Assembly: GCA_963704275.1 (NCBI GenBank)
Contig: CAVPHP010000006.1
Location: forward strand, 8,352-72,351
Origin: an uncultured Ignavibacteriaceae bacterium
Lineage (GTDB): Bacteria > Bacteroidota > Ignavibacteria > Ignavibacteriales > Ignavibacteriaceae
Reading direction: 5' to 3'
DNA length: 64,000 nt
The translations under genes were made by a program, and so were the position numbers. This document shows positions 50,587 through 62,879 of this stretch, one piece after another (positions within the stretch are counted from its first letter, which is position 1; each line of letters opens with the position of its first letter). The notes beneath the pieces were generated by a model that saw only the letters and a program-made list of their open reading frames with translations, ran no database searches and was not told the DNA's origin.

Positions 50587-51108
50587 ATGAATAAGAACGA
50601 AAAATTAGAGTCAATTGCCGAAGCTAAGGAATTGATAGAGAATGCAACAGCAGTCTATCTAACCGATTACTCCAGAATTAATGTTGAAGACATTAGTGGA
50701 ATAAGAAATCAGTTTAGAAAAGATGGAGTTACGTACAGAGTATTTAAAAATACTTTATTCAAACGTGCTCTTGTAGAATCTGGAAAATTCGAAAAGCTGG
50801 CAGATCATCTAGAAGGTATGACAGGATTTGCATTTGCTTCAACAAATCCGGTTGCACCCGCAAAGATAATTAAGAAGTATAATGATACTTCACAAAAATT
50901 TCAGCTAAAAGCTTGTTACATCGAAACACAATATTTTGATGGAAGCGAACTTGCACAATTAGCTGAACTACCAACAAAAGATGAATTGATTGCCGGAATT
51001 ATGGGCAGCCTAAATTCACCAGCCGCTGGTATTGTTGGATCTATAACTGCCGTAATTAGAAACTTAGTATCAGTTATTGATGAAGTTTCTAAGAAAAAAG
51101 CTGCATAA
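50587..51108 (+). CDS. rplJ: 50S ribosomal protein L10
   Basis: 173 aa: TDYSRINVEDISGIRNQFRKDGVTYRVFKNTL. Position is between rplA and rplL. Confidence 0.93.
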   Translation: MNKNEKLESIAEAKELIENATAVYLTDYSRINVEDISGIRNQFRKDGVTYRVFKNTLFKRALVESGKFEKLADHLEGMTGFAFASTNPVAPAKIIKKYNDTSQKFQLKACYIETQYFDGSELAQLAELPTKDELIAGIMGSLNSPAAGIVGSITAVIRNLVSVIDEVSKKKAA

Positions 51109-51136
51109 TTAAATAAGAAATTTAAATTCAGGAGAA

Positions 51137-51517
51137 ATGAAAATGTCAGAAAAAGTTGCACAAGCACTCGAATTAATAAAAGGAATGTCTCTTCTCGAAG
51201 CTTCAGAATTAAAGAAAGCTATGGAAGAGGAATTTGGTGTTTCCGCTGCTGCACCAGTTATGATGGCTGGACCAGCCGCTGCATCTGCTGCACCAGTTGA
51301 AGAACAAACAGAGTTTGATGTTATTCTTCAATCTGCAGGCGAAAAGAAAATTAATGTTATTAAAGTTGTAAGAGCTCATACAGGTTTAGGCTTAAAAGAA
51401 GCTAAAGATCTTGTTGATGGCGCTCCAAAAACAGTTAAAGAACAAGCATCAAAAGATGAAGCCGAAAAAATTAAGAAGGAACTTGAAGAAGCTGGCGGAA
51501 CTGCAACATTAAAATAG
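51137..51517 (+). CDS. rplL: 50S ribosomal protein L7/L12
   Basis: Ala-rich hinge, then [29 protein letters not shown]. The start may instead be the ATG at 51143. Confidence 0.95.
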   Translation: MKMSEKVAQALELIKGMSLLEASELKKAMEEEFGVSAAAPVMMAGPAAASAAPVEEQTEFDVILQSAGEKKINVIKVVRAHTGLGLKEAKDLVDGAPKTVKEQASKDEAEKIKKELEEAGGTATLK

Positions 51518-51552
51518 TATTAAAAGTACTTTTGATTTGATCCCTTTTAAGT

Positions 51553-51585
51553 GGTAAGATGGATAAAACCGTCTTATCGCTTTTG
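51553..51585 (+). terminator. rplL-rpoB intergenic hairpin (attenuator/partial terminator candidate)
   Basis: ggtaagatgg-ataaaa-ccgtcttatc forms a 10-bp stem with two G-U pairs, followed by gcttttg. Confidence 0.55.
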
Positions 51586-51653
51586 TATTATATAGAAACG
51601 TTGTTTAGGATGCTCATTTAAAAGCATTTGATTAAATTTTAGGAGGTTTTCAA

Positions 51654-54600
51654 TTGGATAATAAGCGTATTTCCTTTGGCCGTATTCCATCTGTCATAGA
51701 TATACCCAATCTTTTAGGAATTCAAACTGAAACATTTGAAGGTTTTGTTCAGCTTGATACTCATCCACTTAAAAGAGAAATAAAAGGGTTGCAGCAGGTT
51801 TTTTTAACCAATTTCCCAATCTTTGATAATAAAGAAAATTATAGATTAGATTTTTTAGAGTATTATGTAGAAAAACCAAGATTTTCTGTTGAAGAATGTC
51901 TTGAGAGAGGTCTTACTTTTGCCGCACCACTTAAAGCAAAGTTAAGATTATCTACCAAAGATGCTGAAACAGATGAATTTATCAACACAGTTGAACAAGA
52001 AGTTTACCTTGGAAATCTGCCGTTTATGACAGAAAAGGGAACTTTCGTAATCAACGGTGCTGAACGGGTTGTTGTATCGCAATTGCATAGATCGCCGGGT
52101 GTGGCATTTGCACAAACTGTCCATCCAAACGGAACTCCGATTTACTCAGCCAGAATTATTCCTTTAAGAGGTTCCTGGGTTGAGTTTGCAACAGATATTA
52201 ACTATGTAATGTATGTTTATATTGATAGAAGAAAGAAGTTCCCTGCTACTACTTTATTGCGTGCACTCGGATTCCAATCTGATGAAGAGATATTAAACTT
52301 ATTTAATCTTGTTGAAAACGTTAACGTTAAAAAAACAAACTTAGAAAATTATCTCGGCAGAATGATAGCCAGTGATATTTTTGATATGTCAACAGGCGAA
52401 ATTTTCTTAACACGTGATTCAATATTATCCGAAGAAGACCTTGAAAGGATAAATGATGCAGAAGTTGATGTATTAAAGTTCATCAAATCAGAATCATCAA
52501 ATGAACAAAATTTAATTGTAAACACCTTAAGAAAAGATACTTCACACACGCGTGAAGAAGCATTGTATGCAATTTACAGACAGTTAAGATCGGGTGAAGC
52601 ACCGGATTTAACAACAGCTGAAACACTTATCGAAAAACTTTTCTTTAATGATAAACGATATGATTTAGGCGATGTTGGTCGTCATAGAATGAATCATAAA
52701 TTAGAATTAAATATTCCTGAAACAACAACTGTTTTAACAGTTGAAGATATTATTTCAATTATGAAATATATCATCGATCTTAAAGAAGGCGCAGTTTCAG
52801 TTGATGATATTGATCATCTTGGAAATAGAAGAATTAGAACTGTCGGTGAGCAGTTAGGACAGCAGTTTAATGTGGGTATGGCGCGTATGGCAAGAACCAT
52901 CAAAGAACGAATGAATATGCGCGATACCGAAAACTTTACTCCACAAGATTTAGTAAATGCAAGAACAATCAGCAGTGTAATAAACGCATTCTTTGGTACA
53001 AATCAGCTATCACAATTTATGGATCAAACAAATCCATTAGCTGAAATGACACACAAAAGAAGAATGTCTGCATTAGGACCAGGCGGTCTTACAAGAGAGA
53101 GAGCCGGATTTGAAGTTCGTGACGTTCACTACACTCATTACGGTCGTTTATGCCCGATTGAAACTCCTGAAGGTCCAAACATCGGTCTTATTTCTTCACT
53201 TACAATTTATGCAAGAGTAAACAGATATGGGTTTTTAGAGACTCCGTATAGAAAAGTTATTAAGGGAAAAGTAACTGAAGAAGTTGAATACTTAACAGCA
53301 GAGATTGAAGATTCATATACAATTGCTCAGGCAAACGCACCAATAACAGATTCTGGAAAATTCATTCACGAAAGAGTTAAATCCAGGTTAAAAGGTGAGT
53401 TTCCAATCGTATATCCAGATGATTTACAATACATGGATGTTGCACCTGCACAAATTGTAAGCGCAGCGGCAGCATTGATTCCATTCTTAGAACATGATGA
53501 TGCAAACAGAGCCTTGATGGGATCGAACATGCAGCGTCAATCGGTACCGTTATTAAAACCAGAAGCACCAATTGTTGGAACTGGTATGGAAGAAAAATTA
53601 GCACGCGATTCTAAAGCAATTTTATTAGCTGAAGATAATGGCGTAGTTGAGTATGTTGATGCAAATAAAGTTATAGTTAAGTATGATATTAATCCCAACA
53701 GCTTTGAAGCATTAACAAGCTTTAATGAAATTAGAGAAGTAACATATAATCTTACAAAATTCCATGGCACAAATCAGGAAACTTGTATAAACCAAGTTCC
53801 AATTGTAAAAGAAGGACAGAAACTTAAAAAGGGTGATGTGCTTGCTGATGGGGCAGCTACTGATGGCGGTGAATTAGCATTAGGCAGAAACGTTTTAGTT
53901 GCATTTATGCCTTGGAGAGGTTACAACTTTGAGGATGCTATTATCATTAGCGAAAGAGTTGTAAGTGAAGATGTATATACATCAATACATATTGAAGAAT
54001 TTGAATTACAGGTTAGAGAAACTAAACGTGGTGAAGAAGAATTAACGCGTGAAATTCCTAACGTAAGTGAAGAAGCTGTAAAAAACCTTGATGAAGATGG
54101 TATTATTAGAGAAGGTGCAGAAGTTAAAGAAGGTGATATCTTAATTGGAAAGATTACTCCAAAAGGAGAGACCGATCCAACACCCGAAGAAAAACTTTTA
54201 CGTGCAATCTTTGGAGATAAGGCTGGAGATGTAAAAGATGCATCTTTGAAAGCACCTCCAGGGCTTAAAGGTACAGTTATTAAAACTCGTCTTTTCAGTC
54301 GAAAAAAACGGGATAACGATTCAAAGAAACTTGAAAAAATTGCCTTTGATAAACTTGAAGTAGAGTTTAAAAATAAACTTCATGATCATTACAATAAATT
54401 AGTTGAAAAACTTACAAGAATTACAAGAGATCAATCCACTACAGGAATAAGAGATCTTGATGGCAGTGTTGTTTTAAGAAGCGGTACATCTATGAAAGAA
54501 GAAACATTTTCTTCAATGGAAGATGTAACTAAACTTGATTACACACTTGATTGGTTTGAAACAAAGAAGTCAAACAACCTTATAAATTCACTCTATAAAA

Positions 54601-55412
54601 ATTATTTCGAAATCAAAAATGATATTGAAGAAGATTTTAAAAGAGAAAGAATTAAAATACAGAGCGGTGATGAACTGCCGCCGGGAATTGTGCAGCTTGC
54701 AAAAGTTTATGTTGCTAAAAAACGTAAGCTTTCCGTAGGTGATAAAATGGCAGGACGACACGGAAATAAAGGTGTTGTTGCTAAAATAGTTCAACAAGCA
54801 GATATGCCATACTTACCTGATGGAACACCTGTGGATATTATCCTTAATCCGCTTGGCGTGCCTTCTCGTATGAACCTTGGACAGTTGTATGAAACAGCTT
54901 TAGGCTGGGTTGGAAAAAAACTCGGAGTAAAATTTGCAACACCAATTTTTGATGGTGCAAAGGTAGAAGATGTAGATGAATGGTTGACAAAAGCCGGGTT
55001 AGAAACCGGAAGTAAAACAGATATGTACGATGGAAGAACCGGCGAAAAAATGCATCAGAAGGTTACTTGCGGTTACATTTATATGTTAAAGCTTAGCCAC
55101 TTGGTTGATGATAAAATACATGCAAGGTCAATAGGACCATACTCGCTTATTACTCAGCAGCCTCTTGGTGGTAAAGCGCAATTTGGCGGTCAGAGATTTG
55201 GAGAGATGGAAGTTTGGGCGCTTGAAGGTTACGGCGCTTCACACATCTTACAAGAAATCTTAACTGTAAAGAGTGATGATGTGGCAGGCAGAGCAAAAGT
55301 ATATGAAGCAATTGTTAAGGGTGAAAACTTACAGGAACCAAATATTCCTGAATCGTTTAACGTTCTTATTAAAGAACTCCAGGGCTTAGGTCTGGATATA
55401 AAAATTAATTAA
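51654..55412 (+). CDS. rpoB: DNA-directed RNA polymerase beta subunit
   Basis: 1252 aa; TTG start after AGGAGG. The motifs are GTFVINGAERVVVSQLHRSPG, RMSALGPGGLTRERAGFEVRDVH, GDKMAGRHGNKGV and FGGQRFGEMEVWALE. Confidence 0.98.
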   Translation: MDNKRISFGRIPSVIDIPNLLGIQTETFEGFVQLDTHPLKREIKGLQQVFLTNFPIFDNKENYRLDFLEYYVEKPRFSVEECLERGLTFAAPLKAKLRLSTKDAETDEFINTVEQEVYLGNLPFMTEKGTFVINGAERVVVSQLHRSPGVAFAQTVHPNGTPIYSARIIPLRGSWVEFATDINYVMYVYIDRRKKFPATTLLRALGFQSDEEILNLFNLVENVNVKKTNLENYLGRMIASDIFDMSTGEIFLTRDSILSEEDLERINDAEVDVLKFIKSESSNEQNLIVNTLRKDTSHTREEALYAIYRQLRSGEAPDLTTAETLIEKLFFNDKRYDLGDVGRHRMNHKLELNIPETTTVLTVEDIISIMKYIIDLKEGAVSVDDIDHLGNRRIRTVGEQLGQQFNVGMARMARTIKERMNMRDTENFTPQDLVNARTISSVINAFFGTNQLSQFMDQTNPLAEMTHKRRMSALGPGGLTRERAGFEVRDVHYTHYGRLCPIETPEGPNIGLISSLTIYARVNRYGFLETPYRKVIKGKVTEEVEYLTAEIEDSYTIAQANAPITDSGKFIHERVKSRLKGEFPIVYPDDLQYMDVAPAQIVSAAAALIPFLEHDDANRALMGSNMQRQSVPLLKPEAPIVGTGMEEKLARDSKAILLAEDNGVVEYVDANKVIVKYDINPNSFEALTSFNEIREVTYNLTKFHGTNQETCINQVPIVKEGQKLKKGDVLADGAATDGGELALGRNVLVAFMPWRGYNFEDAIIISERVVSEDVYTSIHIEEFELQVRETKRGEEELTREIPNVSEEAVKNLDEDGIIREGAEVKEGDILIGKITPKGETDPTPEEKLLRAIFGDKAGDVKDASLKAPPGLKGTVIKTRLFSRKKRDNDSKKLEKIAFDKLEVEFKNKLHDHYNKLVEKLTRITRDQSTTGIRDLDGSVVLRSGTSMKEETFSSMEDVTKLDYTLDWFETKKSNNLINSLYKNYFEIKNDIEEDFKRERIKIQSGDELPPGIVQLAKVYVAKKRKLSVGDKMAGRHGNKGVVAKIVQQADMPYLPDGTPVDIILNPLGVPSRMNLGQLYETALGWVGKKLGVKFATPIFDGAKVEDVDEWLTKAGLETGSKTDMYDGRTGEKMHQKVTCGYIYMLKLSHLVDDKIHARSIGPYSLITQQPLGGKAQFGGQRFGEMEVWALEGYGASHILQEILTVKSDDVAGRAKVYEAIVKGENLQEPNIPESFNVLIKELQGLGLDIKIN

Positions 55413-55451
55413 CGTTAAACATTATTTCACTTAGAAATTAGGAGATAAAAA

Positions 55452-58400
55452 ATGGCTTTTAGAGTTCAAGAAAATGCAATGAGAGATATTAACAGTATCA
55501 CCATCGGCTTAGCAAGTCCTGATGATATTTTGTCAAGATCCTATGGTGAAGTAACTAAACCAGAAACTATAAACTACAGATCATTCCGTCCGGAAAAAGA
55601 TGGATTGTTCTGTGAAAAAATATTTGGTCCTACACGCGATTGGGAATGCTTTTGCGGTAAGTATAAAAGAATTAGATACAAAGGTATTATCTGCGATCGT
55701 TGCGGTGTAGAAGTTACACAGAAGAGTGTTAGACGTGAAAGAATGGGACATATTGGTCTTGCAGTTCCTGTTGTGCACATCTGGTTCTTCAGAACACAAC
55801 CATCAAAAATTGGAAACATAGTTGGTGTTAGTTTAAAAGAACTTGAAAAAATAATTTATTATGAGTCTTATGTGGTGCTAAATCCAGGTATTACAGGATT
55901 AAGCAGATTGGATCTTATTTCTGAAGATCAATACTTTGAAGTAATGAATTCATTACCTGATGGAAATGAAAAATTAGATAACGATGATCCTAAAAAGTTT
56001 GTTGCTAAAATCGGTGGTGATGCAGTTAAAGAAATTCTTAAGAAAACTAATGTTGAAGAACTTTCCAAAACACTTAGAGAAGCTGTAAAAGTTGAAACAT
56101 CACAACAGAAAAAAGCAGACTTTCTAAAAAGATTACGTGTACTTGAAGCCTTTAAAGAAGAAGAAGGTAAAGTTCCAAACAAACCAGAGTGGATGGTTTT
56201 AAATTATATTCCTGTAATTCCACCAGAGCTTCGTCCGCTTGTTCCATTAGAAGGCGGAAGATTTGCGACAAGTGATTTAAATGACTTATATCGTCGTGTA
56301 ATTATTCGTAACAATCGTTTAAAAAGATTAATAGATATTAAAGCTCCTGAAGTAATTCTTCGTAACGAAAAAAGAATGCTTCAAGAAGCTGTTGATGCTT
56401 TGTTTGATAACTCAAGAAGAGGCAGTGCTGTAAGAAGCGATAACAATCGCCCTTTAAAATCTTTAAGTGATATGCTTAAAGGTAAGCAAGGAAGATTCCG
56501 CCAAAATCTTTTAGGAAAAAGAGTTGATTATTCCGGTCGTTCCGTAATTGTTGTTGGACCTGAATTAAAACTTCATCAGTGCGGACTTCCAAAAGATATG
56601 GCTGTTGAACTTTTCAAACCTTTCATTATCAGAAAGTTAATTGAAAGAGGGCACAACAAAACCGTAAAGAGTGCAAGAAAAGTTGTGGATAGAAAAGACC
56701 CGATTATTTGGGATATACTTGCAAAGATTATTGAAGCTCATCCGATATTATTAAACCGTGCTCCAACTCTTCACAGACTTGGAATTCAAGCATTCCAGCC
56801 AAGACTTATTGATGAACGTGCTATCCAGCTTCATCCTATGGTGTGTACGGCATTTAATGCGGATTTTGATGGTGACCAGATGGCTGTTCACGTTCCGCTT
56901 TCTTATGAGGCTCAACTCGAAGCTTCGTTATTGATGCTAAGTAGTCATAATATTTTATCACCACAAAACGGAAGTCCTATTGTTGTTCCTACTCAAGATA
57001 TTGTGTTAGGTTGTTATTATCTAACAAAGTATCGCGAAGGTGATAAAGGCGAGGGAATGCTCTTCTCTTCACCTTCCGAAGTGATAATTGCTTACGATAA
57101 CCGAGTTGTTGGATTGCATGCTAAGATTAAAGTTAGAGTCGGTAATGAAATGATTGAAACTACAACCGGTAGAGTTATTTTCAATCAAATAGTACCAAAA
57201 GAAATGGGATATATTAATCAGTTGTTGATTAAAAAAGCTTTTGGTGGAATTATCGGTAAGATGTTTATGAAACTTGGTAATAAGATTACAGCTAAGTTTC
57301 TTGATGATTTAAAAGATTTAGGATTTAGATATTCGACTGCTGGCGGATTATCAGTAAGCTTTGCCGATATGATTATACCTGATGAAAAAGAGGCTTTAAT
57401 TACTAAAGCAAACAAAAAAGTTGAAGGCATTCTTAACGAACACGAAATGGGTGTTATTACAGATGCTGAACGATACAATAAAATTATAGACGTATGGACA
57501 CACACTACAAACGACGTAGCCCGTGCGTTGATGGAAAAAATCAAAATCCACAACAAAGGATTCAACTCACTTCACATGATGGTTGATTCTGGTGCAAGAG
57601 GTTCGCAAGAGCAGGTAAGACAGTTAGCGGGCATGAGAGGTTTGATGATGAAACCTCAAAAAACTCTTTCGGGTCAAGCTGGTGAAATTATCGAAAACCC
57701 TATCGTTGCTAACTTTAAAGAAGGTCTTTCCGTGTTGGAATATTTTATATCAACACACGGTGCAAGAAAAGGTTTGGCGGATACTGCCTTAAAAACTGCT
57801 GATGCTGGTTATCTTACAAGAAGATTAGTTGATGTTGCTCAGGATGTTATCATCTCTGAAATAGATTGCGGAACTATTCTTGGTATCGAAATTAAAGCGC
57901 TAAAAGATGTTGAAGAAGAAAGAGAACCATTAGCAGAACGTATCACTGGAAGATTTGCGCAGGAAGATGTTTACGATCCACGCACTGATGAAGTGATAAT
58001 TGAAGCTGGTAATATGATTACCGAAGACATCGCAGAAAAAATTGCTGATGCAAGTATTGATTCTGTTTATATCAGAACTGTACTTACATGCGAATCTAAA
58101 CGCGGTGTTTGTTTAAAATGTTATGGTAGAAATCTTACAACAGGCAAACCTGTTGAAATTGGTGAAGCAGTTGGTATTATTGCTGCGCAGTCGATTGGTG
58201 AGCCAGGAACGCAGCTTACACTTCGTACATTCCATCTTGGTGGTACATCTTCAAGAATTGCATCACAATCTCAAGTTGAATCCAACATTGATGGTTTAGT
58301 AAAATATGAAAAGGTAAGTGCAGTAGAAAAAACAGAAAAGGATCCTTTTGGTGGCGATGATGTTAAAGTTAATGTTGTCACTGGTCGAAGAGGTGCGCTT

Positions 58401-59711
58401 GAGATATATGATGATAACAACAGACAACTTAAGAAGTTTGATGTTCCTTACGGAGCCGAGCTTTTAGTAAAAGATGGTCAGAAAATCAAGAAGAGACAGC
58501 CGCTTTATAATCACGATCCTTATAACTCTGTAATTCTTTCGGACATTTATGGAAGTGTAAAATTTATCGATCTTATAGATGGTATCACGTTACAACAGGT
58601 AACTGATGATCAAACAGGACACGTGCAGAAAGTTGTTATTGAATCTAAAGATAAAAATCTAACTCCAAATATCTTAATAGAAAACGCTGATGGAGGAAAG
58701 AAATCTTTTAACTTGCCGGTAAGAGCTTATCTTTCTGTTGAAGAAGGTGAAAACATCCTAGCAGGTACTATCTTAGCAAAAATCTCAAAACAAACTACAA
58801 AAAGTAGAGATATCACTGGTGGTCTTCCAAGAGTAACTGAGTTATTTGAAGCTCGAAGTCCGCATGAATCCGCTGTTGTTTCTGAGATTGAAGGCTTTGT
58901 AAAATTTGGTGCACGTAAAAAGGGTTCGAGAGAAATACTTGTTAGTGCTCCTGATAATTCAGATGAAAAGAAATACAATGTAGCAATGCAGAAACATATT
59001 CTTGTTCAAGAAGGTGATGAGATTCCTGCAGGTGAAAAAATAACAGACGGACCAATCAATCCGCATGATATTTTAGCCATCAAGGGAACAAGTGCTGTTC
59101 AGGAATACCTTGTAAATGAAATTCAGGATGTTTACAGACTTCAAGGTGTTAAGATAAATGATAAACATATTGAAGTTATTGTTCGCCAGATGTTACAGAA
59201 AATTAAAATAGTTTTTCCTGGTGATACAAGATTCCTTGAAGAAGATATAGTTGATCGAATTGAATTTATCGAGGAAAACGGTAAGGTTATAAATTATGCT
59301 TACATCGAAGATAAAGGTGATTCCAAATTAAAGAATGGTCAATTAATTCTTAAATCCAAACTACGAGAGTTTAATTCTGATCTTAAAAAGAAAGAAAAGA
59401 AAGAAATTATTGCCAGGGATGTTGAACCAGCAACCTTTGAGCACATTCTTTTAGGAATAACACAAGCCGCATTATCTACACAGAGCTTTATATCCGCAGC
59501 ATCCTTCCAAGAAACCACAAAGGTACTTGCAAATGCAGCAACCGAAGCTAAAGTAGATCGTCTGTTAGGATTAAAAGAGAATGTGGTAATGGGTCACTTA
59601 ATTCCGGCTGGAACTGGAATTAAAAAGTACAGAAGCTTGATGTTAGAGAGTGAAGAAGTAGAAGTTTCAGAGGAAAAGGAAGAAGCAAAAGAAATATTAT
59701 CCAACGAATAG
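55452..59711 (+). CDS. rpoC: DNA-directed RNA polymerase beta-prime subunit
   Basis: 1419 aa. The zinc motif is [23 protein letters not shown]. The catalytic motif is [12 protein letters not shown]. The trigger-loop and bridge regions are present. Confidence 0.98.
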   Translation: MAFRVQENAMRDINSITIGLASPDDILSRSYGEVTKPETINYRSFRPEKDGLFCEKIFGPTRDWECFCGKYKRIRYKGIICDRCGVEVTQKSVRRERMGHIGLAVPVVHIWFFRTQPSKIGNIVGVSLKELEKIIYYESYVVLNPGITGLSRLDLISEDQYFEVMNSLPDGNEKLDNDDPKKFVAKIGGDAVKEILKKTNVEELSKTLREAVKVETSQQKKADFLKRLRVLEAFKEEEGKVPNKPEWMVLNYIPVIPPELRPLVPLEGGRFATSDLNDLYRRVIIRNNRLKRLIDIKAPEVILRNEKRMLQEAVDALFDNSRRGSAVRSDNNRPLKSLSDMLKGKQGRFRQNLLGKRVDYSGRSVIVVGPELKLHQCGLPKDMAVELFKPFIIRKLIERGHNKTVKSARKVVDRKDPIIWDILAKIIEAHPILLNRAPTLHRLGIQAFQPRLIDERAIQLHPMVCTAFNADFDGDQMAVHVPLSYEAQLEASLLMLSSHNILSPQNGSPIVVPTQDIVLGCYYLTKYREGDKGEGMLFSSPSEVIIAYDNRVVGLHAKIKVRVGNEMIETTTGRVIFNQIVPKEMGYINQLLIKKAFGGIIGKMFMKLGNKITAKFLDDLKDLGFRYSTAGGLSVSFADMIIPDEKEALITKANKKVEGILNEHEMGVITDAERYNKIIDVWTHTTNDVARALMEKIKIHNKGFNSLHMMVDSGARGSQEQVRQLAGMRGLMMKPQKTLSGQAGEIIENPIVANFKEGLSVLEYFISTHGARKGLADTALKTADAGYLTRRLVDVAQDVIISEIDCGTILGIEIKALKDVEEEREPLAERITGRFAQEDVYDPRTDEVIIEAGNMITEDIAEKIADASIDSVYIRTVLTCESKRGVCLKCYGRNLTTGKPVEIGEAVGIIAAQSIGEPGTQLTLRTFHLGGTSSRIASQSQVESNIDGLVKYEKVSAVEKTEKDPFGGDDVKVNVVTGRRGALEIYDDNNRQLKKFDVPYGAELLVKDGQKIKKRQPLYNHDPYNSVILSDIYGSVKFIDLIDGITLQQVTDDQTGHVQKVVIESKDKNLTPNILIENADGGKKSFNLPVRAYLSVEEGENILAGTILAKISKQTTKSRDITGGLPRVTELFEARSPHESAVVSEIEGFVKFGARKKGSREILVSAPDNSDEKKYNVAMQKHILVQEGDEIPAGEKITDGPINPHDILAIKGTSAVQEYLVNEIQDVYRLQGVKINDKHIEVIVRQMLQKIKIVFPGDTRFLEEDIVDRIEFIEENGKVINYAYIEDKGDSKLKNGQLILKSKLREFNSDLKKKEKKEIIARDVEPATFEHILLGITQAALSTQSFISAASFQETTKVLANAATEAKVDRLLGLKENVVMGHLIPAGTGIKKYRSLMLESEEVEVSEEKEEAKEILSNE

Positions 59712-59792
59712 TGGATAGAAACAGTAATAGTTACTGCTTTTTACACTATTTGAAAATAAAAACAGTTAAAAATAAAAATAATTTCAGTTTTC

Positions 59793-59823
59793 TTGACAAA
59801 ATTTAAACTGAAAACTATATTTG
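59793..59823 (+). promoter_or_regulatory. candidate promoter of the rpsL-rpsG-fusA-tuf operon
   Basis: TTGACA (59793..59798), a 17-nt spacer, then TATATTTG (59816..59823). It lies about 42 nt upstream of the rpsL start. Confidence 0.45.
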
Positions 59824-59864
59824 AAGTCTGAATTTTTTTGAAGAAGTAATTTTTAGGAGATTTT

Positions 59865-60251
59865 GTGCCCACGATAAATCAGCTTGTTAGAAAAGGTAGA
59901 GTTAGAATTATATCAAAAAATAAAGCTCCGGCTTTAGATGCTTGCCCTCAAAAAAGAGGTGTATGCACAAGGGTTTATACAACTACACCCAAAAAGCCGA
60001 ATTCTGCACTTAGAAAAGTAGCTAGAGTTAGACTAACAAAGTCCAATATTGAGGTTAGTGCTTATATTCCTGGTGAAGGACATAATTTGCAGGAACACTC
60101 AATTGTAATGATTCGTGGCGGTAGAATTAAAGATCTACCAGGTGTAAGATACCACATCATTCGTGGTACACTAGATACCAGCGGAGTTGCTGACAGAAAA
60201 AAAGGTCGTTCAAAATATGGTACAAAAAAACCTAAAGTGAATAAAAAATGA
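59865..60251 (+). CDS. rpsL: 30S ribosomal protein S12
   Basis: GTG start after AGGAG: [26 protein letters not shown]. Confidence 0.97.
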   Translation: MPTINQLVRKGRVRIISKNKAPALDACPQKRGVCTRVYTTTPKKPNSALRKVARVRLTKSNIEVSAYIPGEGHNLQEHSIVMIRGGRIKDLPGVRYHIIRGTLDTSGVADRKKGRSKYGTKKPKVNKK

Positions 60252-60715
60252 GAAAAAGAAGAGCCGAAAAAAAATACTTAAAACCTGATCCAAAGTTCAA
60301 TGATATTCTTGTAGCAAAATTTGTTAATTGTGTTATGTATGATGGAAAAAAGGCTGTTGCAAGAAATGTTATTTATGATGCCTTTGTTTTGATTGAAGAA
60401 AAAACAAGCAAACCAGGTTTAGAAATTTTCAAAAAAGCAATCTCAAATACTCAGCCGTTAATTGAAGTCAGAAGTAGAAGAGTCGGCGGTGCTACTTATC
60501 AGGTACCTACTGAGGTTAGACCTGAAAGAAGAATAGCATTAGCTATGAGATGGATTAAAAATTACTCCAGATCCAGAGGTGAAAAATCTATGTCTGGTAA
60601 ATTAGCAGGTGAGTTAATAGCTGCTTCAAATGGTGAAGGCTCTGCTGTAAAGAAAAAAGAAGATGTTCACAAAATGGCTGAAGCAAATAAAGCTTTTGCT
60701 CACTTTAAATGGTAA
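60248..60715 (+). CDS. rpsG: 30S ribosomal protein S7
   Basis: [39 protein letters not shown]. Confidence 0.97.
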   Translation: MRKRRAEKKYLKPDPKFNDILVAKFVNCVMYDGKKAVARNVIYDAFVLIEEKTSKPGLEIFKKAISNTQPLIEVRSRRVGGATYQVPTEVRPERRIALAMRWIKNYSRSRGEKSMSGKLAGELIAASNGEGSAVKKKEDVHKMAEANKAFAHFKW

Positions 60716-60736
60716 TGAAGAATTGATTAGGAATTA

Positions 60737-62827
60737 ATGGCAAGTAGAGTTAAAATAGATAAAGTTCGTAACATTGGTATTATGGCACACATCGATGCTG
60801 GTAAAACTACAACCACTGAAAGGATATTGTTTTACACAGGTAAATTACATCGAATAGGCGAAGTACACGATGGTGCAGCAACGATGGATTGGATGGAGCA
60901 GGAAAAAGAAAGAGGCATCACTATAACAAGTGCTGCTACTACCTGTTTTTGGAATGATCATCAAATAAATATTATTGATACTCCCGGACACGTTGATTTT
61001 ACAGTTGAAGTTGAAAGATCACTTAGAGTTTTGGATGGTGCTGTTGCGCTATTCTGTGCTGTTGGCGGTGTTGAACCTCAATCAGAGACAGTTTGGCGTC
61101 AAGCTGATAAATACGGCGTACCGCGAATGGCATTCATCAATAAGATGGATAGAACCGGTGCTGATTTTTATCATGCTGTTGAAATGATGAGAGAGAGATT
61201 GGGTGCAAACGCAATTCCAATAAATCTTCCTATCGGAGAAGGAGATATTTTTGTTGGAGTAATTGATTTAATTCAATTTAAAGCAAGAATGTATCACGAG
61301 GAATCTTTTGGTTCTACTTTTGATGAACTTCCTATTCCACAGGATTTGTTAGAAATAGCTACAAAATATAGAACTCAAATGTTAGAGGCTGTTTCCGATG
61401 TTGATGATTCACTTTTAGAAAAATATCTTGAAGGAAAAGAAATAAGTGCTGAAGAAATTAAAGCAGTATTAAGACGAGCAACAATTGAATTAAAAATTGT
61501 TCCGGTTTTATGTGGATCTTCTTTCAAAAACAAAGGTGTTCAAAAATTATTAGATTCTATTGTAGATTTTTTACCTTCACCACTTGATGCTGCTGAAATA
61601 GAAGCGCATCATATTGGACTTAATGATTCCGTTGTTAGAAAAATTAGTGAAGATGAACATTTTACTGCTTTAGCTTTTAAAATTATGAACGATCCATTTG
61701 TTGGAAAATTAACATTCTTTAGAGTGTATGCAGGTTCATTAAAATCAGGTTCTTATATTTATAACTCTGTTAGCGGAAAGAAAGAAAGAATAAGCAGACT
61801 GCTCCAGATGCATGCAAATCACAGAGAAGAAATTTCAGAAGTTAAAGCTGGTGATATTGCTGCTGCAGTTGGATTAAAATTTACCAGAACCGGCGATACT
61901 TTATGCGATGAAAAAGATCCCGTTGTAATGGAAAGAATAATTTTTCCAGAACCTGTTATACAGATTGCTATTGAGCCAAAAACTAAAGCTGATCAGGACA
62001 AACTTTCAGATTCACTATCAAAATTATCTGATGAGGATCCAACATTTAAAGTAAAAGTTGATGAAGAAACTGGTCAAACTTTGATCAGTGGAATGGGTGA
62101 GTTACATTTAGAAATTCTTGTTGATAGAATGAGACGCGAGTTTAAAGTAGAAGCAAATATTGGTAAACCACAAGTTGCTTACCGTGAAACAATTACTCAA
62201 AGTGTTCAAGCTGAAGGTAAATTTGTTAAACAATCTGGAGGTCGTGGAAAGTTTGGTCATGTATGGATAGAGCTTTCCCCAAATGAAGTTGGTAAAGGTT
62301 TTGAATTTATAAATGGAATTGTTGGCGGTGTTGTTCCAAAAGAATATATCCCTGCTGTTTCACATGGTATTCAAGATGCGATGAGGAATGGTGTTATAGC
62401 TGGTTTTCCGATGGTGGATATCAAAGCAAAATTGTATGATGGTTCTTATCACGATGTTGATTCTGATGAAATTTCATTTAAGGTTGCCGGATCAATGGCA
62501 TTCCAAGCAGGTGCTAAAAAAGCTAACCCTGTTTTACTTGAACCAATAATGTCTGTTGAAGTTGTTACACCCGAAGAATATTTAGGTGATGTGATGGGAG
62601 ACTTAAATTCAAGAAGAGGAAAGATAGAAGGATTTTCTGCTAGAAAAGATGCACAGGTAATTAAAGCTCACGTTCCATTATCTGAAATGTTTGGATATGC
62701 AACTGTGTTAAGATCAATGAGCCAGGGTAGAGCAATTTACTCAATGCAATTTGATCATTATTCATCTGTACCAAAATCTATTGCGGAAGAAATTTCTGAA
62801 AAAACATTAGGAAAAAAATCAGCCTAA
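60737..62827 (+). CDS. fusA: elongation factor G
   Basis: [33 protein letters not shown] and NKMDR; 696 aa. Confidence 0.98.
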   Translation: MASRVKIDKVRNIGIMAHIDAGKTTTTERILFYTGKLHRIGEVHDGAATMDWMEQEKERGITITSAATTCFWNDHQINIIDTPGHVDFTVEVERSLRVLDGAVALFCAVGGVEPQSETVWRQADKYGVPRMAFINKMDRTGADFYHAVEMMRERLGANAIPINLPIGEGDIFVGVIDLIQFKARMYHEESFGSTFDELPIPQDLLEIATKYRTQMLEAVSDVDDSLLEKYLEGKEISAEEIKAVLRRATIELKIVPVLCGSSFKNKGVQKLLDSIVDFLPSPLDAAEIEAHHIGLNDSVVRKISEDEHFTALAFKIMNDPFVGKLTFFRVYAGSLKSGSYIYNSVSGKKERISRLLQMHANHREEISEVKAGDIAAAVGLKFTRTGDTLCDEKDPVVMERIIFPEPVIQIAIEPKTKADQDKLSDSLSKLSDEDPTFKVKVDEETGQTLISGMGELHLEILVDRMRREFKVEANIGKPQVAYRETITQSVQAEGKFVKQSGGRGKFGHVWIELSPNEVGKGFEFINGIVGGVVPKEYIPAVSHGIQDAMRNGVIAGFPMVDIKAKLYDGSYHDVDSDEISFKVAGSMAFQAGAKKANPVLLEPIMSVEVVTPEEYLGDVMGDLNSRRGKIEGFSARKDAQVIKAHVPLSEMFGYATVLRSMSQGRAIYSMQFDHYSSVPKSIAEEISEKTLGKKSA

Positions 62828-62879
62828 CTGATAACTAGATTAAAAAAAAACTTAATAAAAATTATTAAAGGAGAATTCG

